Shown in pieces: positions 1 to 10,644 of a stretch of 64,000 nucleotides of DNA. The notes beneath the pieces were generated by a model. It did not search any database. It was not told the origin of the DNA and saw only the letters and a list, made by a program, of their open reading frames with translations. Each line of letters opens with the position of its first letter. Position 1 is the stretch's first letter. The position numbers and the translations under genes were made by a program. This stretch comes from a virus. The stretch lies in IMG/VR virus record IMGVR_UViG_3300025875_000001, positions 32,001-96,000 of that record, one strand, 5' to 3'.

Positions 1-54
1 ACCTTCCGCGTAATACAGTAGCGATCATCGTCATTCTGGCGCTAGTTATACATG

Positions 55-957
55 TCATACTATCAAAAGGAATGGACGCTTATATTGATTCAATATTAAA
101 TCTGCACGCGCATTTCCAGTTCCTTCCCATGCCTGTTCGCTATACTGCAATGTCCAATCAGATGACTTTATAATTTCCAGATATCTATCTCTATAAGCCG
201 ACTGATTACATGAATAATCGTTAACTAATAATCTTGCGGCCTCTTCTACGTCCATCGGTACAGACTCCCAGCCCCATAAGCCATCTATGGTGTATGGGCG
301 CCCCTCAGTAAATACAGACTTATACCAGGCAGGAACTCTTATGGGTCCATTTGTGTGATAAGACCACAGGTCTTCTGGCGGCGCTTCTTTTATCTCCAAC
401 CACTCTGGCGCTAAAGTTTCAACATACCAACCGTCACCTGTAACGTTATATCTAATCGAAGTAATAGGAACTCCTGAAACTGAGATTGCTTTATAAGCTA
501 CCAATCTTTTTGGAAGTTGTAGTCTTTCTGTATCTTTACCCATTATTCCATAGGCCGCACGCTCTAGTCCAAAACTTTGTCCTGTTACAGTCTCAATTAT
601 TACCCTAACAGATCTTTCCACCCGGCGCGCTTGCTCTAGTGTAGCACCATTACCTATTATCTCAGCAGTATCCAGTAGTGATAATACAGGAGTAACCACA
701 TTAATGTTATATCTGTTTTGAAATACTTCTCCATCTACAGTGCTATTGATAAGGACTACTACCGCTCCATCATAACGAACTGCTTTATATGGAATATTGA
801 CTGCTACCTGTTTAATAAAACCATTTTCATCTAAATCCTCAAAGATTTGATCTTCACCAATTTTATCAACACCGCGATAAACACTGACTACCGCTCTAGT
901 AGATTCTGGTGGTAGCTTAAATACAATATCTTCTGGCTGCTCTCTATATATCTCCAT
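55..957 (-). CDS. Putative head-to-tail adaptor/connector protein
   Basis: 300 aa; C-terminal VPMDVEEAARLLVNDY helix typical of gp6/gp15-type adaptors; lies downstream of capsid genes; TATAAT 6 nt before ATG. Confidence 0.65.
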   Translation of the reverse strand: MEIYREQPEDIVFKLPPESTRAVVSVYRGVDKIGEDQIFEDLDENGFIKQVAVNIPYKAVRYDGAVVVLINSTVDGEVFQNRYNINVVTPVLSLLDTAEIIGNGATLEQARRVERSVRVIIETVTGQSFGLERAAYGIMGKDTERLQLPKRLVAYKAISVSGVPITSIRYNVTGDGWYVETLAPEWLEIKEAPPEDLWSYHTNGPIRVPAWYKSVFTEGRPYTIDGLWGWESVPMDVEEAARLLVNDYSCNQSAYRDRYLEIIKSSDWTLQYSEQAWEGTGNARADLILNQYKRPFLLIV

Positions 958-1003
958 ACTACTATTATATGTCTCCTAAGTTATTTTTCAACTATAAATA
1001 TTA

Positions 1004-3304
1004 TCAAGGACGAACCCACTTCAATGAAATACTGGTACGCACGTGCCTTCCTGCACCTGTATCTATAATAGCGGCGGCACTACAAAACGCCCATATCGCT
1101 AACGTCTGACCTACTGCAAATCTTTTCGTTAAAGACAAATTAAAATCACAAGTAATAGCATTTACTGGATTTTGAGTAGAAGATGCAAATGTATTAGCAT
1201 TACCACCTGCACCTATATCATCAGATATATAAAAAATACCTACACCGCCAGCCGGAATACCAAATCTTGCATTTGCAGTAATTTCCCAAAGTCCGGCCCT
1301 GTTAAGAGTGAATAAATCTGAGTTAGCATTAGGAGTAACGTCAGCAGTTGTATATTCAGATGTTTTTAATGGAACCCTCAAACCATTTCCACCGGCTGCA
1401 ATATTAAGAGTGGACAAAGCAGTGACTACATATCTAGCATCTCCACCAATGTTTGGATTTACATTCAGCCAAGCTGATCCATCGTATACCATCAAGGCAC
1501 CGTTTAGATTATAATGATCACCTCTTCTAAGACCAGTAGACGGTAATACCGATCCTGCTCCTAAATCTCTTGTGGTATATGCTAATGCTGGAACGGTGGG
1601 TGCAGTAGGGGTTCCTCCCAAGTCCCCGGCCAATTGAATAGTACCTACTGATGTTGTACTTGCTACAGGTGGAGCATAGTTACCGGCTTTTGCTGTAGTA
1701 GCTGTAGTTCCAATTGCTAAATTAGAAGTGCCTGCGCCAATTGCCGATCTTGCTGTTGCTGCGTCAGCGGCAAGCAAAACACTCCTACCAACAGGAGTAG
1801 AGTTTGATATATCTGTTGCAGTATGGGTGTGAATAGAAGACGCCTTAGCATCTAACAAAGGCTTTAATCCTGCGGGGTGAACGGCGCGAGTTGTATCCGT
1901 TCCTGTCGCAGTTTCAGCAGCTGTAGCCATTTCTACACGACCTGACACTGTCTCACTAGCAACATTCATAAATATCGTATTGCTAGCACCCCATGTAAAA
2001 CCTGCATTATCCAATGCGACTGGAACCCACGCATTCGTAGAATCGTCCCAACCCAGGAGACGATCAGCATCAGGATCAACAAACGCTGGAACTCGCGTAG
2101 AAATTTGACTATCTACATAATCCTTACGTGTCAATTCATGGGGAGCGGTTGGACCGCCCTGCTCCGCAAAAAGTCGGGCGGCTCCGAAACGGGCACCACT
2201 ATCTCTACGAGCAATAGAGTTTGCCTCTAATGGATTGGACGTACCAATATTGTCTACATAATCTTTGCGAGTAACATTATTGGGTGCCGTAGGAGCTAGA
2301 GAAACCTCCATACCAACAACATGAGCATATCCGTTAACATCTCTTCTAACAATTTTATCTGGATTCGGTTCGGGAGTTGCACTAAATATTAAATCTTCGA
2401 CAGGAGCCCAAGAGCCAAACTTTTGAACCAAACCAGTAGGAAGCTCGTTTAACCCTGGCTGGTTTGGTTCACTATAAACTATAGAAGAATTGTTTTTACT
2501 TATAGCAATTTCTGTAATATGAATTCTAGAATAACTAACAACATTACGAACCCACATTTCTACTATAGTAGGGCCATCGGTAGAAACAACAACAAAAGCA
2601 ATATAACTTAAATCAAATGAATCTGTATCTGATGACAGACCAGACACCGTTAAAAACAAATATGGTAAATTACCATAAGGTTCTTGCTGCTTAGCGCGTA
2701 TACCAATCAATGCCCGCATAAGATCTGATGATCCATGATCACTGGTCTGTAGGAGAATTGTACCATTAATATCTGAAAATTGAGATAACAAACTTATTGT
2801 CCCAATTTTATACCAATCTCCAATATTGTCATCAGTTGTATTATTAGTAGATGTAGAAGGTTGTAAACGAGTTACTTTTACATCTCCATTGGAACCAGGA
2901 GCTACACCATTTACAGTATCAACTGCCCCTATTGCTCTAGGCAAACCTAAATTTAATGTTTGATTTGGTGATGTGCCTGTAATTGAAGCTGTTGCACTCG
3001 CCCCCGCCGCTAATGTAGCCACAGTACCTATGGTCAAATTGTTAGGCGGTCCTGTTAAACCAGTATTACCTCTAGGGATGGTTAAGTTCAATACTTGATT
3101 TGGTGATGTACCTGTAATATTGGCGGTTGCAGAAGATCCAGCAACAACAGTAGATACAGTACCTATAGTTAAACTATTACCCGGCCCTGGTATACCTTGC
3201 TCACCCTGAATTCCAGTAGCCAGACTTATCTCTATTGGATTTATGTTTTCAACTACTATTACCGGCTCTACGGTAGGATCAACTATCTCTATAATATCTG
3301 CCAT
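1004..3304 (-). CDS. Fiber-like virion protein (short collagen-like N-terminus, shaft repeats, C-terminal beta-sandwich tip)
   Basis: 766 aa, Gly/Ala/Thr-rich, GIQGEQGIPGPG triplets, VTRKDYVD repeats; shaft and tip paralogous to 18302-19639 and 17571-18302. Confidence 0.7.
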   Translation of the reverse strand: MADIIEIVDPTVEPVIVVENINPIEISLATGIQGEQGIPGPGNSLTIGTVSTVVAGSSATANITGTSPNQVLNLTIPRGNTGLTGPPNNLTIGTVATLAAGASATASITGTSPNQTLNLGLPRAIGAVDTVNGVAPGSNGDVKVTRLQPSTSTNNTTDDNIGDWYKIGTISLLSQFSDINGTILLQTSDHGSSDLMRALIGIRAKQQEPYGNLPYLFLTVSGLSSDTDSFDLSYIAFVVVSTDGPTIVEMWVRNVVSYSRIHITEIAISKNNSSIVYSEPNQPGLNELPTGLVQKFGSWAPVEDLIFSATPEPNPDKIVRRDVNGYAHVVGMEVSLAPTAPNNVTRKDYVDNIGTSNPLEANSIARRDSGARFGAARLFAEQGGPTAPHELTRKDYVDSQISTRVPAFVDPDADRLLGWDDSTNAWVPVALDNAGFTWGASNTIFMNVASETVSGRVEMATAAETATGTDTTRAVHPAGLKPLLDAKASSIHTHTATDISNSTPVGRSVLLAADAATARSAIGAGTSNLAIGTTATTAKAGNYAPPVASTTSVGTIQLAGDLGGTPTAPTVPALAYTTRDLGAGSVLPSTGLRRGDHYNLNGALMVYDGSAWLNVNPNIGGDARYVVTALSTLNIAAGGNGLRVPLKTSEYTTADVTPNANSDLFTLNRAGLWEITANARFGIPAGGVGIFYISDDIGAGGNANTFASSTQNPVNAITCDFNLSLTKRFAVGQTLAIWAFCSAAAIIDTGAGRHVRTSISLKWVRP

Positions 3305-3308
3305 CTAT

Positions 3309-3773
3309 TTATGCCCACAAAGTAGAAGATTTGTCTACTGTTATTGTTCCTTTCAATATCTTATTTTGTTTGTTAGTTGTTTTGTTTCTCATCATTACAT
3401 CATAATAAAATTCAAATGTTCCGGCCTGCATTTGCGTATATACAGCACCACTAGGTGGTAATGTTAACGAACGTGGAACATTAATAATAATGTTACCATT
3501 TGAAGATAACACAGCTTCATTGTCTCCCGCGCCCGTTGCATCTGCTGGCCTATTAACATCATCAGGGCTTGCCTCTGCATCATTAGGTATATCTTCACTA
3601 TTAAATGTCCACACCCTTACACCATCAACATTTTCTTTTCTAATGTCCATGCGGATAGCATAACTACTAAGATCAACAGGAGCTGCATCACTAGCGCTTG
3701 CACCTGTTTTATATACTAAGTTTATTGTTAGATCAGCGCCCTGATCCCATGTGTAATTATATTCCGCCGCCAT
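3309..3773 (-). CDS. Virion structural protein (beta-sandwich adaptor type)
   Basis: 154 aa; DQGADLTINLVYK...PVDLSSYAIRMDIR...ILKGTITV pattern seen in phage fiber-attachment proteins. Confidence 0.5.
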   Translation of the reverse strand: MAAEYNYTWDQGADLTINLVYKTGASASDAAPVDLSSYAIRMDIRKENVDGVRVWTFNSEDIPNDAEASPDDVNRPADATGAGDNEAVLSSNGNIIINVPRSLTLPPSGAVYTQMQAGTFEFYYDVMMRNKTTNKQNKILKGTITVDKSSTLWA

Positions 3774-3775
3774 TT

Positions 3776-4213
3776 TTAGCTGTAAAACTCCTTAACCTCA
3801 TTTTGTGTAGCTGACCTAAAGCCACCCATATTAATAAGTGTCTGCTCATCATCAGCATTAACTAACTGATATGGATGATCGCGCGTAAACTTATATAGGC
3901 TCCTTCCTTTATGCTCAAAACTAAAGTTTCTACGCTCCATCTTAATAAGGACTACGTCACCTTCATCTTCCTCCGGCGCTGCTGCTGGCTCATCGGTAAT
4001 GATAACCTCTTTCTCTTCCTCACCTTCAACAATCAATTCATGATTCTTATCGAGATTTCGAATCTTTCTCTCTTCTTCGTACAAATCCCAAGTAACGCCA
4101 TCTTCGACTAGCAAAGCAACTCTATCCTGGTTATTTCCTGCTTCTTCTACTCCATCAACGCCAAACCATTCGCCCGCGTCAATCAATTGAAATTTCTTTA
4201 ATTTATCTAACAT
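3776..4213 (-). CDS. Hypothetical acidic protein in head module
   Basis: 145 aa ORF with GGAGG SD, tightly packed. Confidence 0.7.
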   Translation of the reverse strand: MLDKLKKFQLIDAGEWFGVDGVEEAGNNQDRVALLVEDGVTWDLYEEERKIRNLDKNHELIVEGEEEKEVIITDEPAAAPEEDEGDVVLIKMERRNFSFEHKGRSLYKFTRDHPYQLVNADDEQTLINMGGFRSATQNEVKEFYS

Positions 4214-4275
4214 CAGTCCTCCTTTTGACTTCTTAGATCATTCTAACACGGTAACTATTCTATACAAAATAAGAA

Positions 4276-4298
4276 AAACCGGGCCGAAGCCCGGTTCT
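4276..4298 (-). terminator. Intrinsic terminator after major capsid gene
   Basis: AACCGGGC-CGAA-GCCCGGTT hairpin followed by a T-rich run on the minus strand. Confidence 0.7.
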
Positions 4299-4316
4299 CT
4301 TATTGTCTTTTTTCAA

Positions 4317-5321
4317 TTACGCTGCTAGGCGATTGTTTGTTACAACAACCATAGCGTCTGTGTTTTCAATACCAACACCAATTCTGGTGAATACGGTAAA
4401 CTCAATTGAGTCCTTCTTTGGCTTGAACTCACGGAACACCTGAATGTCTCTCTTAACACCAAGGATCAAGTTCTTTGGATCAGTTAGCCATACGTCACCG
4501 TGGTTACCTGTGGCTCCTGAGTAAGTACCTGTCCTGCTCTCATTGAATAGTGGAACCTCTTGTAGAGTCTGTCCCATAATTCTAGGTGCCAACCAACCCG
4601 CTCCACCCTCTGCAACTACGTTGCCGATAGAACCTGCTGCTTGACCCTGACCACTTAGATATTCGTCTGTGGTCAATGAGTAAGCGTAATCCTGTGCAAG
4701 ACCTGCACCTGTGTAGAACCTCAAAGAGCCTCTACGCTGCAAGAATTTACGAGGAATAGACTTTAGCGCACGATTAGCTGTTTCACGAGTAAGACCTGTA
4801 CCACCTGCATCAACAATGTGGGCTGCACCATCTGTAGTACCACTAACGGCTAGCTTACGCCATCCATCAAATGCTACCAATAATGGGTCTGCACTAGCCA
4901 CGTCACCGTTGATCGCTAAATCTTCAATGTCGTTACCAGCCTGCTCAGCCATTAGTTGCGCAACGTGATCTTCAAAGCCTTCCTGCTCGATGTTGTCCTC
5001 TAAAGACTCTGTTGAAAGCTCCCAGTCTAGACGTAGCTTGTATGTACGCAAGCTAATCTTGCTGAATGTAACACCCTGGTTTTCACCAGTGTCAACAGCT
5101 TCGGTAGCTGGTCTCATCAAACGCTCACCAACACCCATTCTGTCCAATTCCATAGAGTCAGCACGCATCCTTTCGGTACGAACCTGCTTTACAAGAACGG
5201 TCTTATCGAACATGTAATCGATGAAGCGGTTTGACTGATCTGGCTTTAATAAACCAGAGCCAGGAGGCGCTCCAATTTCTGTAGAAACAATAACCTTGCT
5301 TAATAATGTTTCGTTGCTCAT
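4317..5321 (-). CDS. Major capsid protein (HK97-fold)
   Basis: 334 aa after protease and portal; GLLKPDQSNRFID, LRLDWELSTESLEDNIE motifs typical of large-siphovirus MCPs; strong GAGGTG SD. Confidence 0.9.
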   Translation of the reverse strand: MSNETLLSKVIVSTEIGAPPGSGLLKPDQSNRFIDYMFDKTVLVKQVRTERMRADSMELDRMGVGERLMRPATEAVDTGENQGVTFSKISLRTYKLRLDWELSTESLEDNIEQEGFEDHVAQLMAEQAGNDIEDLAINGDVASADPLLVAFDGWRKLAVSGTTDGAAHIVDAGGTGLTRETANRALKSIPRKFLQRRGSLRFYTGAGLAQDYAYSLTTDEYLSGQGQAAGSIGNVVAEGGAGWLAPRIMGQTLQEVPLFNESRTGTYSGATGNHGDVWLTDPKNLILGVKRDIQVFREFKPKKDSIEFTVFTRIGVGIENTDAMVVVTNNRLAA

Positions 5322-5382
5322 AATTCTGTTTTGTCACCTCTTTTTCTAAAGTTTTATTTTTATTAAATTATATAGACTAAGT

Positions 5383-6693
5383 TCAGTCTGCTACTGAGAA
5401 AAATACTCCTTCGAAAACACGAGAACCTTCGCTCTTTGTTTTCCTCTTTTCGAACGTTTCGTCTGACCCGCCAAGATCAGCCGACTTCTTAACAGCGCTT
5501 CCTAGTTCTAGGGCGTTTACTGTTCCCAGCACTTTGTTTAGCCCCTCTTCGAAACCGCTAAGCTTATTTGCGTGGTCATCTAGAGAATTCTTGAATTCTG
5601 CAAACTTAGACTCAAACTCTTCATTCACCTTGTTCAATCTATTCTCTAGCGCCTCAATTTGTTCAGCACTTTGCTTAGTGCCGCTTTCTACAGCCTTAGT
5701 AATGTCTTCCTTTAGCTGATCTAAAGCCTTGTTTAAATCTGTGTCTTCCTTAACCTGTTGGTCACCGGCTACTGATGCACGTTCTGCATTTTCGTCTACT
5801 ACAACGGCTTCTGAATCACCAACTACAACCTTACCATTCTCATCCGTTGTGGTTCCCTTTGCATTATTTACACTTACTTCTTCTGGCATTGTTTCCTGTA
5901 CACCTCCCTCGTTTTGTGAAGCTTGATACTTCTTAACGACTTCGGCTACTTGTTCTTCCCTGCCTCCGTCAATATTTTCAAACCAGCCCGCGTTTTGCAT
6001 TTTGTTTTGGCATAAAGAACATTGTTCAACATTATTCTCGGAGTCAACAGCAATTGGATCATGTCCATTATCGCAATAAAATACATTAGTTATTTTTGTA
6101 TCTGCAATAATGCCAACCATCTCATCCTCGCCGGTCTCTTCGTTCTTTTGAATAGTGAACAGTTTTTGAATGCTTTCAAAATTCGCCATTTGGTTTGCTG
6201 GACTGTCAACTAATGACAACTCAGTAAGTTTATATGATTTAATAAATCTAACGGTCTTGCCGCCCGCACCATCTTTGCTCTTTACAAACTTAGACTCTGT
6301 GTCGGTTGCGGCACCGCCAATACTAAATCCTTGAAGTGTTCCATCTAAAACCATCTTCCATACATTCTCAGCACCTTCTGAAATATAAGCCTCTACATAA
6401 ATTCCCTGATATCTTTCACCAGAATTTACATCTGTGAACTCCTGCTCACGAAAACTCATTAGCTTTCCTACTGGAATTGGTTGATGCATAAGACGCAAGT
6501 TGCCACGGCTCATAAAAGCTTCAAAAGCTTGCTTACTGGCCTCGGCCGTAATAATGTCACCCTGAGTGTCAACTGAATCTAAAGTGGCCCAACCCGAAAC
6601 AGTTCTTTTAGCCTTATTAACTTTTTCGATTGGCATACTAAGATGAATATCATTTTCACCCACTATGTCAAAATGTGCCTTTGCTATCTCCAT
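5383..6693 (-). CDS. Prohead protease fused to coiled-coil scaffold
   Basis: VSGWAT-DSVDTQGD, LMHQ, GFSIGG, ELSLVDSPAN = HK97-type (S78) protease motifs; acidic coiled-coil C-terminus. Confidence 0.9.
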   Translation of the reverse strand: MEIAKAHFDIVGENDIHLSMPIEKVNKAKRTVSGWATLDSVDTQGDIITAEASKQAFEAFMSRGNLRLMHQPIPVGKLMSFREQEFTDVNSGERYQGIYVEAYISEGAENVWKMVLDGTLQGFSIGGAATDTESKFVKSKDGAGGKTVRFIKSYKLTELSLVDSPANQMANFESIQKLFTIQKNEETGEDEMVGIIADTKITNVFYCDNGHDPIAVDSENNVEQCSLCQNKMQNAGWFENIDGGREEQVAEVVKKYQASQNEGGVQETMPEEVSVNNAKGTTTDENGKVVVGDSEAVVVDENAERASVAGDQQVKEDTDLNKALDQLKEDITKAVESGTKQSAEQIEALENRLNKVNEEFESKFAEFKNSLDDHANKLSGFEEGLNKVLGTVNALELGSAVKKSADLGGSDETFEKRKTKSEGSRVFEGVFFSVAD

Positions 6694-6818
6694 GTTGATT
6701 ACTATAAGCTACGTTTAATTATAAAGCAAAATTGTAACAACAATTTATATCTTAGCTCTTCTATAATCATTAGTAGACCTATTCCCCTTGCTTGCATTAC
6801 ACTTGGTGCAAACCTTGG

Positions 6819-8474
6819 TCAAGACTGAGCCCTTCCGGCTCCCTGGGTGTTGCGACCCTCTGAATTACTATCAGTACCATTTGCACTTCTGTCTGCGTCT
6901 CTAGTACGGCTTTGTGTAGCCGTGGCCTTTTGTTGAGCCGCCGCCTTCGCCTGAGCATTAGCAGCAGTCTTAGCGTTAGCAGCTTCTTCTGCGGCCTGCT
7001 CTTCACCATCCAAAGCACCGCCCATTGTGGCAGGCTTATCTCCGTCTGGAAGAGCTTCCCATCCCCAACGGTTACGAACTTCATTAGGTCTAATTGCGCC
7101 CCAACGCAAGTAACGCTCATCGATCTTAGACTGAGTATCTTCATCACTCAGGCTCATTTCTTTCAACTTTATTTTAACGGCGTCTGTCTTTTCGCTAATA
7201 ATGGAGTTCAACCTCTTTTCTAACATTCCTTGTAGTGGACGACATACTTGTTCAGCAAATGTCTTATCTGCATCCCGAGCAACCGCAAGACTAACTCCTT
7301 CTGCCAAACCTACTTTTGAAATAGGTACACGATGAGCCATTAGGATTTCTCCTAGATTAGCTTTACGATAATTATTAAAACTAGAATCTTGGGTACCTGC
7401 CTCAATAGCATCCATTTTGAATTCAGTCTTAGACTTATCACTATCCGGCGGAAGTGGAACAATTACTGTACGGTGATTTTTACCTTTTAATCCACCTTGA
7501 AACAAATCAAACAAAGCATTCTCAGATTTACGACTAAGCTGTGCTCCCTTAATAGTTATTACATACCTTGGCACAGCTTTATTTTCAAAATAATCTAGGT
7601 TAAACCTAGAACTAAATTCGTTACCGGCAATTGCTTGTGCAGCAGCCATAATACCTGGCACACCATAATATCCGTTTGTTGGACTATACTTTTTAATATG
7701 AATTATTTCATTAGGGTTTTGATCACTACTAATTGGATTGAAGTCTTCGTCATCCCCGAAATTTTTGAAAAAGACTACGTTCTTTCCGATCATTTGAACA
7801 TAGCCGTCTCTCTTTTGACGAACTCTCATAGATACTGATGGAATGTGACCAATATAACGAATTTCTCCACTTACTGTCCTACCTATTTCCATATAACCAT
7901 TACCCGTAGTTTCATAATCTGTCCAGACCTTAATTAGGGTTTCTGTAAACAAATCTTCTTTATTACAACTATCAAGCCATTCATACATAGCGTCTTTAAT
8001 GCGGCCCACTTTATCTCGGAGACTTTCTTTCTTTTCTCCCTCTAGACCACTCATTTTTGATCTTGTTTTAGCTGTTTCCACAAAGTCATACCCTAAAGCA
8101 ACTATATTGGTTACTTTAGCATCTACTGCTGCTAGGTGAATTGGAGACAATTCATAAAGCTTGGCTAAATAGTCTAAGTTATATGGAGGATAAGCTAAAC
8201 CCATAAGACTATATGCAGAAGTTTCTTGATTTGCTTCCAACCTTTTAGAAGCTGCGCCGCCTTCGCCTTCAAATGCTTTACTTAGGCGTGTTTTCTTACG
8301 AGCTAGAGATGGTGACAATCCACTAAGCTTTTTTAATTCTTCGCCGGACACGTCAAAAGAATCTGCGTTATGATCTATAACTGCTTCCCTAGCACCACCT
8401 AGCTTTACATCAACCTGCTGTAACTCGGTTGGGTCGTCAATAGCTACCGAAGCTATACGCCTATCTTCTGCCAT
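6819..8474 (-). CDS. Portal protein
   Basis: 551 aa; DYETTGNGYMEI, IIHIKKYSPTNGYYGVP, FENKAVPRYVI, AHRVP, PNEVR portal motifs. Confidence 0.92.
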   Translation of the reverse strand: MAEDRRIASVAIDDPTELQQVDVKLGGAREAVIDHNADSFDVSGEELKKLSGLSPSLARKKTRLSKAFEGEGGAASKRLEANQETSAYSLMGLAYPPYNLDYLAKLYELSPIHLAAVDAKVTNIVALGYDFVETAKTRSKMSGLEGEKKESLRDKVGRIKDAMYEWLDSCNKEDLFTETLIKVWTDYETTGNGYMEIGRTVSGEIRYIGHIPSVSMRVRQKRDGYVQMIGKNVVFFKNFGDDEDFNPISSDQNPNEIIHIKKYSPTNGYYGVPGIMAAAQAIAGNEFSSRFNLDYFENKAVPRYVITIKGAQLSRKSENALFDLFQGGLKGKNHRTVIVPLPPDSDKSKTEFKMDAIEAGTQDSSFNNYRKANLGEILMAHRVPISKVGLAEGVSLAVARDADKTFAEQVCRPLQGMLEKRLNSIISEKTDAVKIKLKEMSLSDEDTQSKIDERYLRWGAIRPNEVRNRWGWEALPDGDKPATMGGALDGEEQAAEEAANAKTAANAQAKAAAQQKATATQSRTRDADRSANGTDSNSEGRNTQGAGRAQS

Positions 8475-8787
8475 TTGCTCTTAGCTTTTCCTCTTCCTTC
8501 ATAGCTTCTAAATCTAATGGGTCTGGAACTAAACCAAACTTTAATCTTAACAGTTGCTCTTGATACTCTTCATCACTAACTGGTCTCACACCCGGCCTAA
8601 ATTCTGGCCTACCACCTTCAAAACATCCATAGTGTTTAGCGGCCTTAGCTAAAGCGGCGATCTTTTCTAAGTCACCCTTCATAGAATGAATAAGCATATA
8701 GCCATCACCATCTCCTGCATAACCACCTTCTTCTGTACGCCAAAGATAAACTCCATAATTTGGTTCATCTATTATTTTCATTGCCAT
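8461..8787 (-). CDS. Hypothetical protein upstream of portal
   Basis: ORF overlaps portal start; likely start ATG at 8787, 6 nt after a TACATT -10. Confidence 0.7.
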   Translation of the reverse strand: MAMKIIDEPNYGVYLWRTEEGGYAGDGDGYMLIHSMKGDLEKIAALAKAAKHYGCFEGGRPEFRPGVRPVSDEEYQEQLLRLKFGLVPDPLDLEAMKEEEKLRANGRR

Positions 8788-8846
8788 AATAGCAATGTAC
8801 AATATAATGACTATTAACGCAAATAACGTACAAACAATTGCACATT

Positions 8847-10427
8847 TTAGGCGTTTGACCAGCTATAAGAGTACAAGTCCCAAGCATTTACTAACTCAGT
8901 TACGCCAACTGTTGCATTATCTTCTATAATATATTTTCTGCCACCTGTATAAGCCCTATATATTCTTTCTACCTGATCACTTCCTATATCATTAGCATAC
9001 AAATTTACACTACCTATTTGACCTATTAAATCATTAGAGCCTGAACCTACAGAGGCAGAACCTACAAAAATTTGAGCATTCGTACCAGATCCAAACAATC
9101 CTGTAACATGTACCCATTCACCACTCTCAATAGAATGGTCAACTCCTAATTTACCATTTATATAAACAACATTACCGTTTGTTTCTAATGCACCATAACG
9201 GACACGCAAGTATTCACCTGTTGTTGTCGAATATATATATGTATTTTTTAGATCATCTAATCTAAACCACATATCTATACCATAAACAAGGGATTGACGA
9301 GCAGCTTGAACTTCCGAATTTATTTCTATACGACCATTATTCATTCGAGCCCCGCGCAATTCATTATATTCTATTTGATCAGTAACTTTTTCGCATGTAA
9401 CTATATCACCGACAAGAGTAGCATCTCTAATTAAAAGCTCGTTATTATATTCAGAAGTAGTATATAAAACAACCTCTAACTTATTTACAGTAGCCGGACC
9501 ATTAAAAATTATTCTAAAGTCTATATTATATCCAGGTATACCATTATTTACACCCGGTATAGTTTTAAGCTTTTCACAACGAGTCCATGTTTGTCCATTG
9601 TCTAGACTAGATTCAACAACAAAATCGCCAATGCCATACCAATTAATCTTAGATCTTTTAACTTTTTCTGTAAAAGGTACAGGAACGATACCTTGCCACA
9701 TTCCGCCAACAGTTCCAGTAATTGAATCTGTAATAGATACTTCTTTATAAATTCCATTAGTCCACGACTCATCAACCCCCCAAATTTTTTTTATTTCCAC
9801 TGCATCTGGTTGATCTTCAAAGTTATAAATTAATGCACCTAGGTCAGAAAGATTGGCGGTTATTGATGGTATGTCTCTACCCATACGATAATGTTTATTA
9901 ACTACATTAGCTACTAGGGGAGCATCATAAAAAGCAATTCCATCTATTGCAACCCTACCTGAACCCGCGCCAGCTACAAAATTCGACTCATCTAGCAAAA
10001 AAATGCCAGGCTCTATAGATATTTGATCATATAGTCTACCGTTAATATACAATGATATTGCATCTACACTATACTCTGCCACCACATGCAGACATTTTCT
10101 TTCATCATAATCATATTTTATCGTATATGATCCTGTTGACAACTTTACTGTAAATTCTATACCTTTGTCCCAATAAATACCACCGTTGCCCCCGGCCAAA
10201 ATTGAAACTTTTTGTGAAGTATAAGGTAGGCACCAAGCTTCTAATGAGGTTATTTGATCACTTTTTTCTACAGAGAATGCATTTGACACAAAAGTTTTTT
10301 CTACGCCATTGCCTACTATAATAGAATTTTTATTGCCAGCAATAATAGGCGCAACATTTTTAGCTGCATCATCGGAAAAATCTGTAGAAAATATAGGCGA
10401 ATCTACTCTAAGTTGATCTATATACAT
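8847..10427 (-). CDS. LamG/concanavalin-A-like domain minor virion protein
   Basis: SLEAW, LHVVAEYS...LYING, IDGIAFY and EWVHV...IGSVNLY LamG-like strands at both ends. Confidence 0.7.
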   Translation of the reverse strand: MYIDQLRVDSPIFSTDFSDDAAKNVAPIIAGNKNSIIVGNGVEKTFVSNAFSVEKSDQITSLEAWCLPYTSQKVSILAGGNGGIYWDKGIEFTVKLSTGSYTIKYDYDERKCLHVVAEYSVDAISLYINGRLYDQISIEPGIFLLDESNFVAGAGSGRVAIDGIAFYDAPLVANVVNKHYRMGRDIPSITANLSDLGALIYNFEDQPDAVEIKKIWGVDESWTNGIYKEVSITDSITGTVGGMWQGIVPVPFTEKVKRSKINWYGIGDFVVESSLDNGQTWTRCEKLKTIPGVNNGIPGYNIDFRIIFNGPATVNKLEVVLYTTSEYNNELLIRDATLVGDIVTCEKVTDQIEYNELRGARMNNGRIEINSEVQAARQSLVYGIDMWFRLDDLKNTYIYSTTTGEYLRVRYGALETNGNVVYINGKLGVDHSIESGEWVHVTGLFGSGTNAQIFVGSASVGSGSNDLIGQIGSVNLYANDIGSDQVERIYRAYTGGRKYIIEDNATVGVTELVNAWDLYSYSWSNA

Positions 10428-10456
10428 ATTTTTATTCTACTGCTATACCTTAGAAA

Positions 10457-10515
10457 TGCAAGAACCCCAGCCTGTAAGTGATTACTAAAATCACCTGTAA
10501 GCCGGGGTCTTGCTG
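10457..10515 (-). terminator. Hairpin terminator downstream of endolysin, overlapping next promoter
   Basis: GCAAGA(A)CCCC...GGGGTCTTGC inverted repeat. Confidence 0.5.
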
Positions 10516-10644
10516 TAACTATCTCATCCTAAGGTAGACCAATTCGCACGAATTGACCCAACAACTATCAGTCTGTCCATCGGCCCACAAGCCGTGCAGT
10601 CCCCGAAGGTTGTATGTTTATTTTAACCTAAGAATAAAATTATG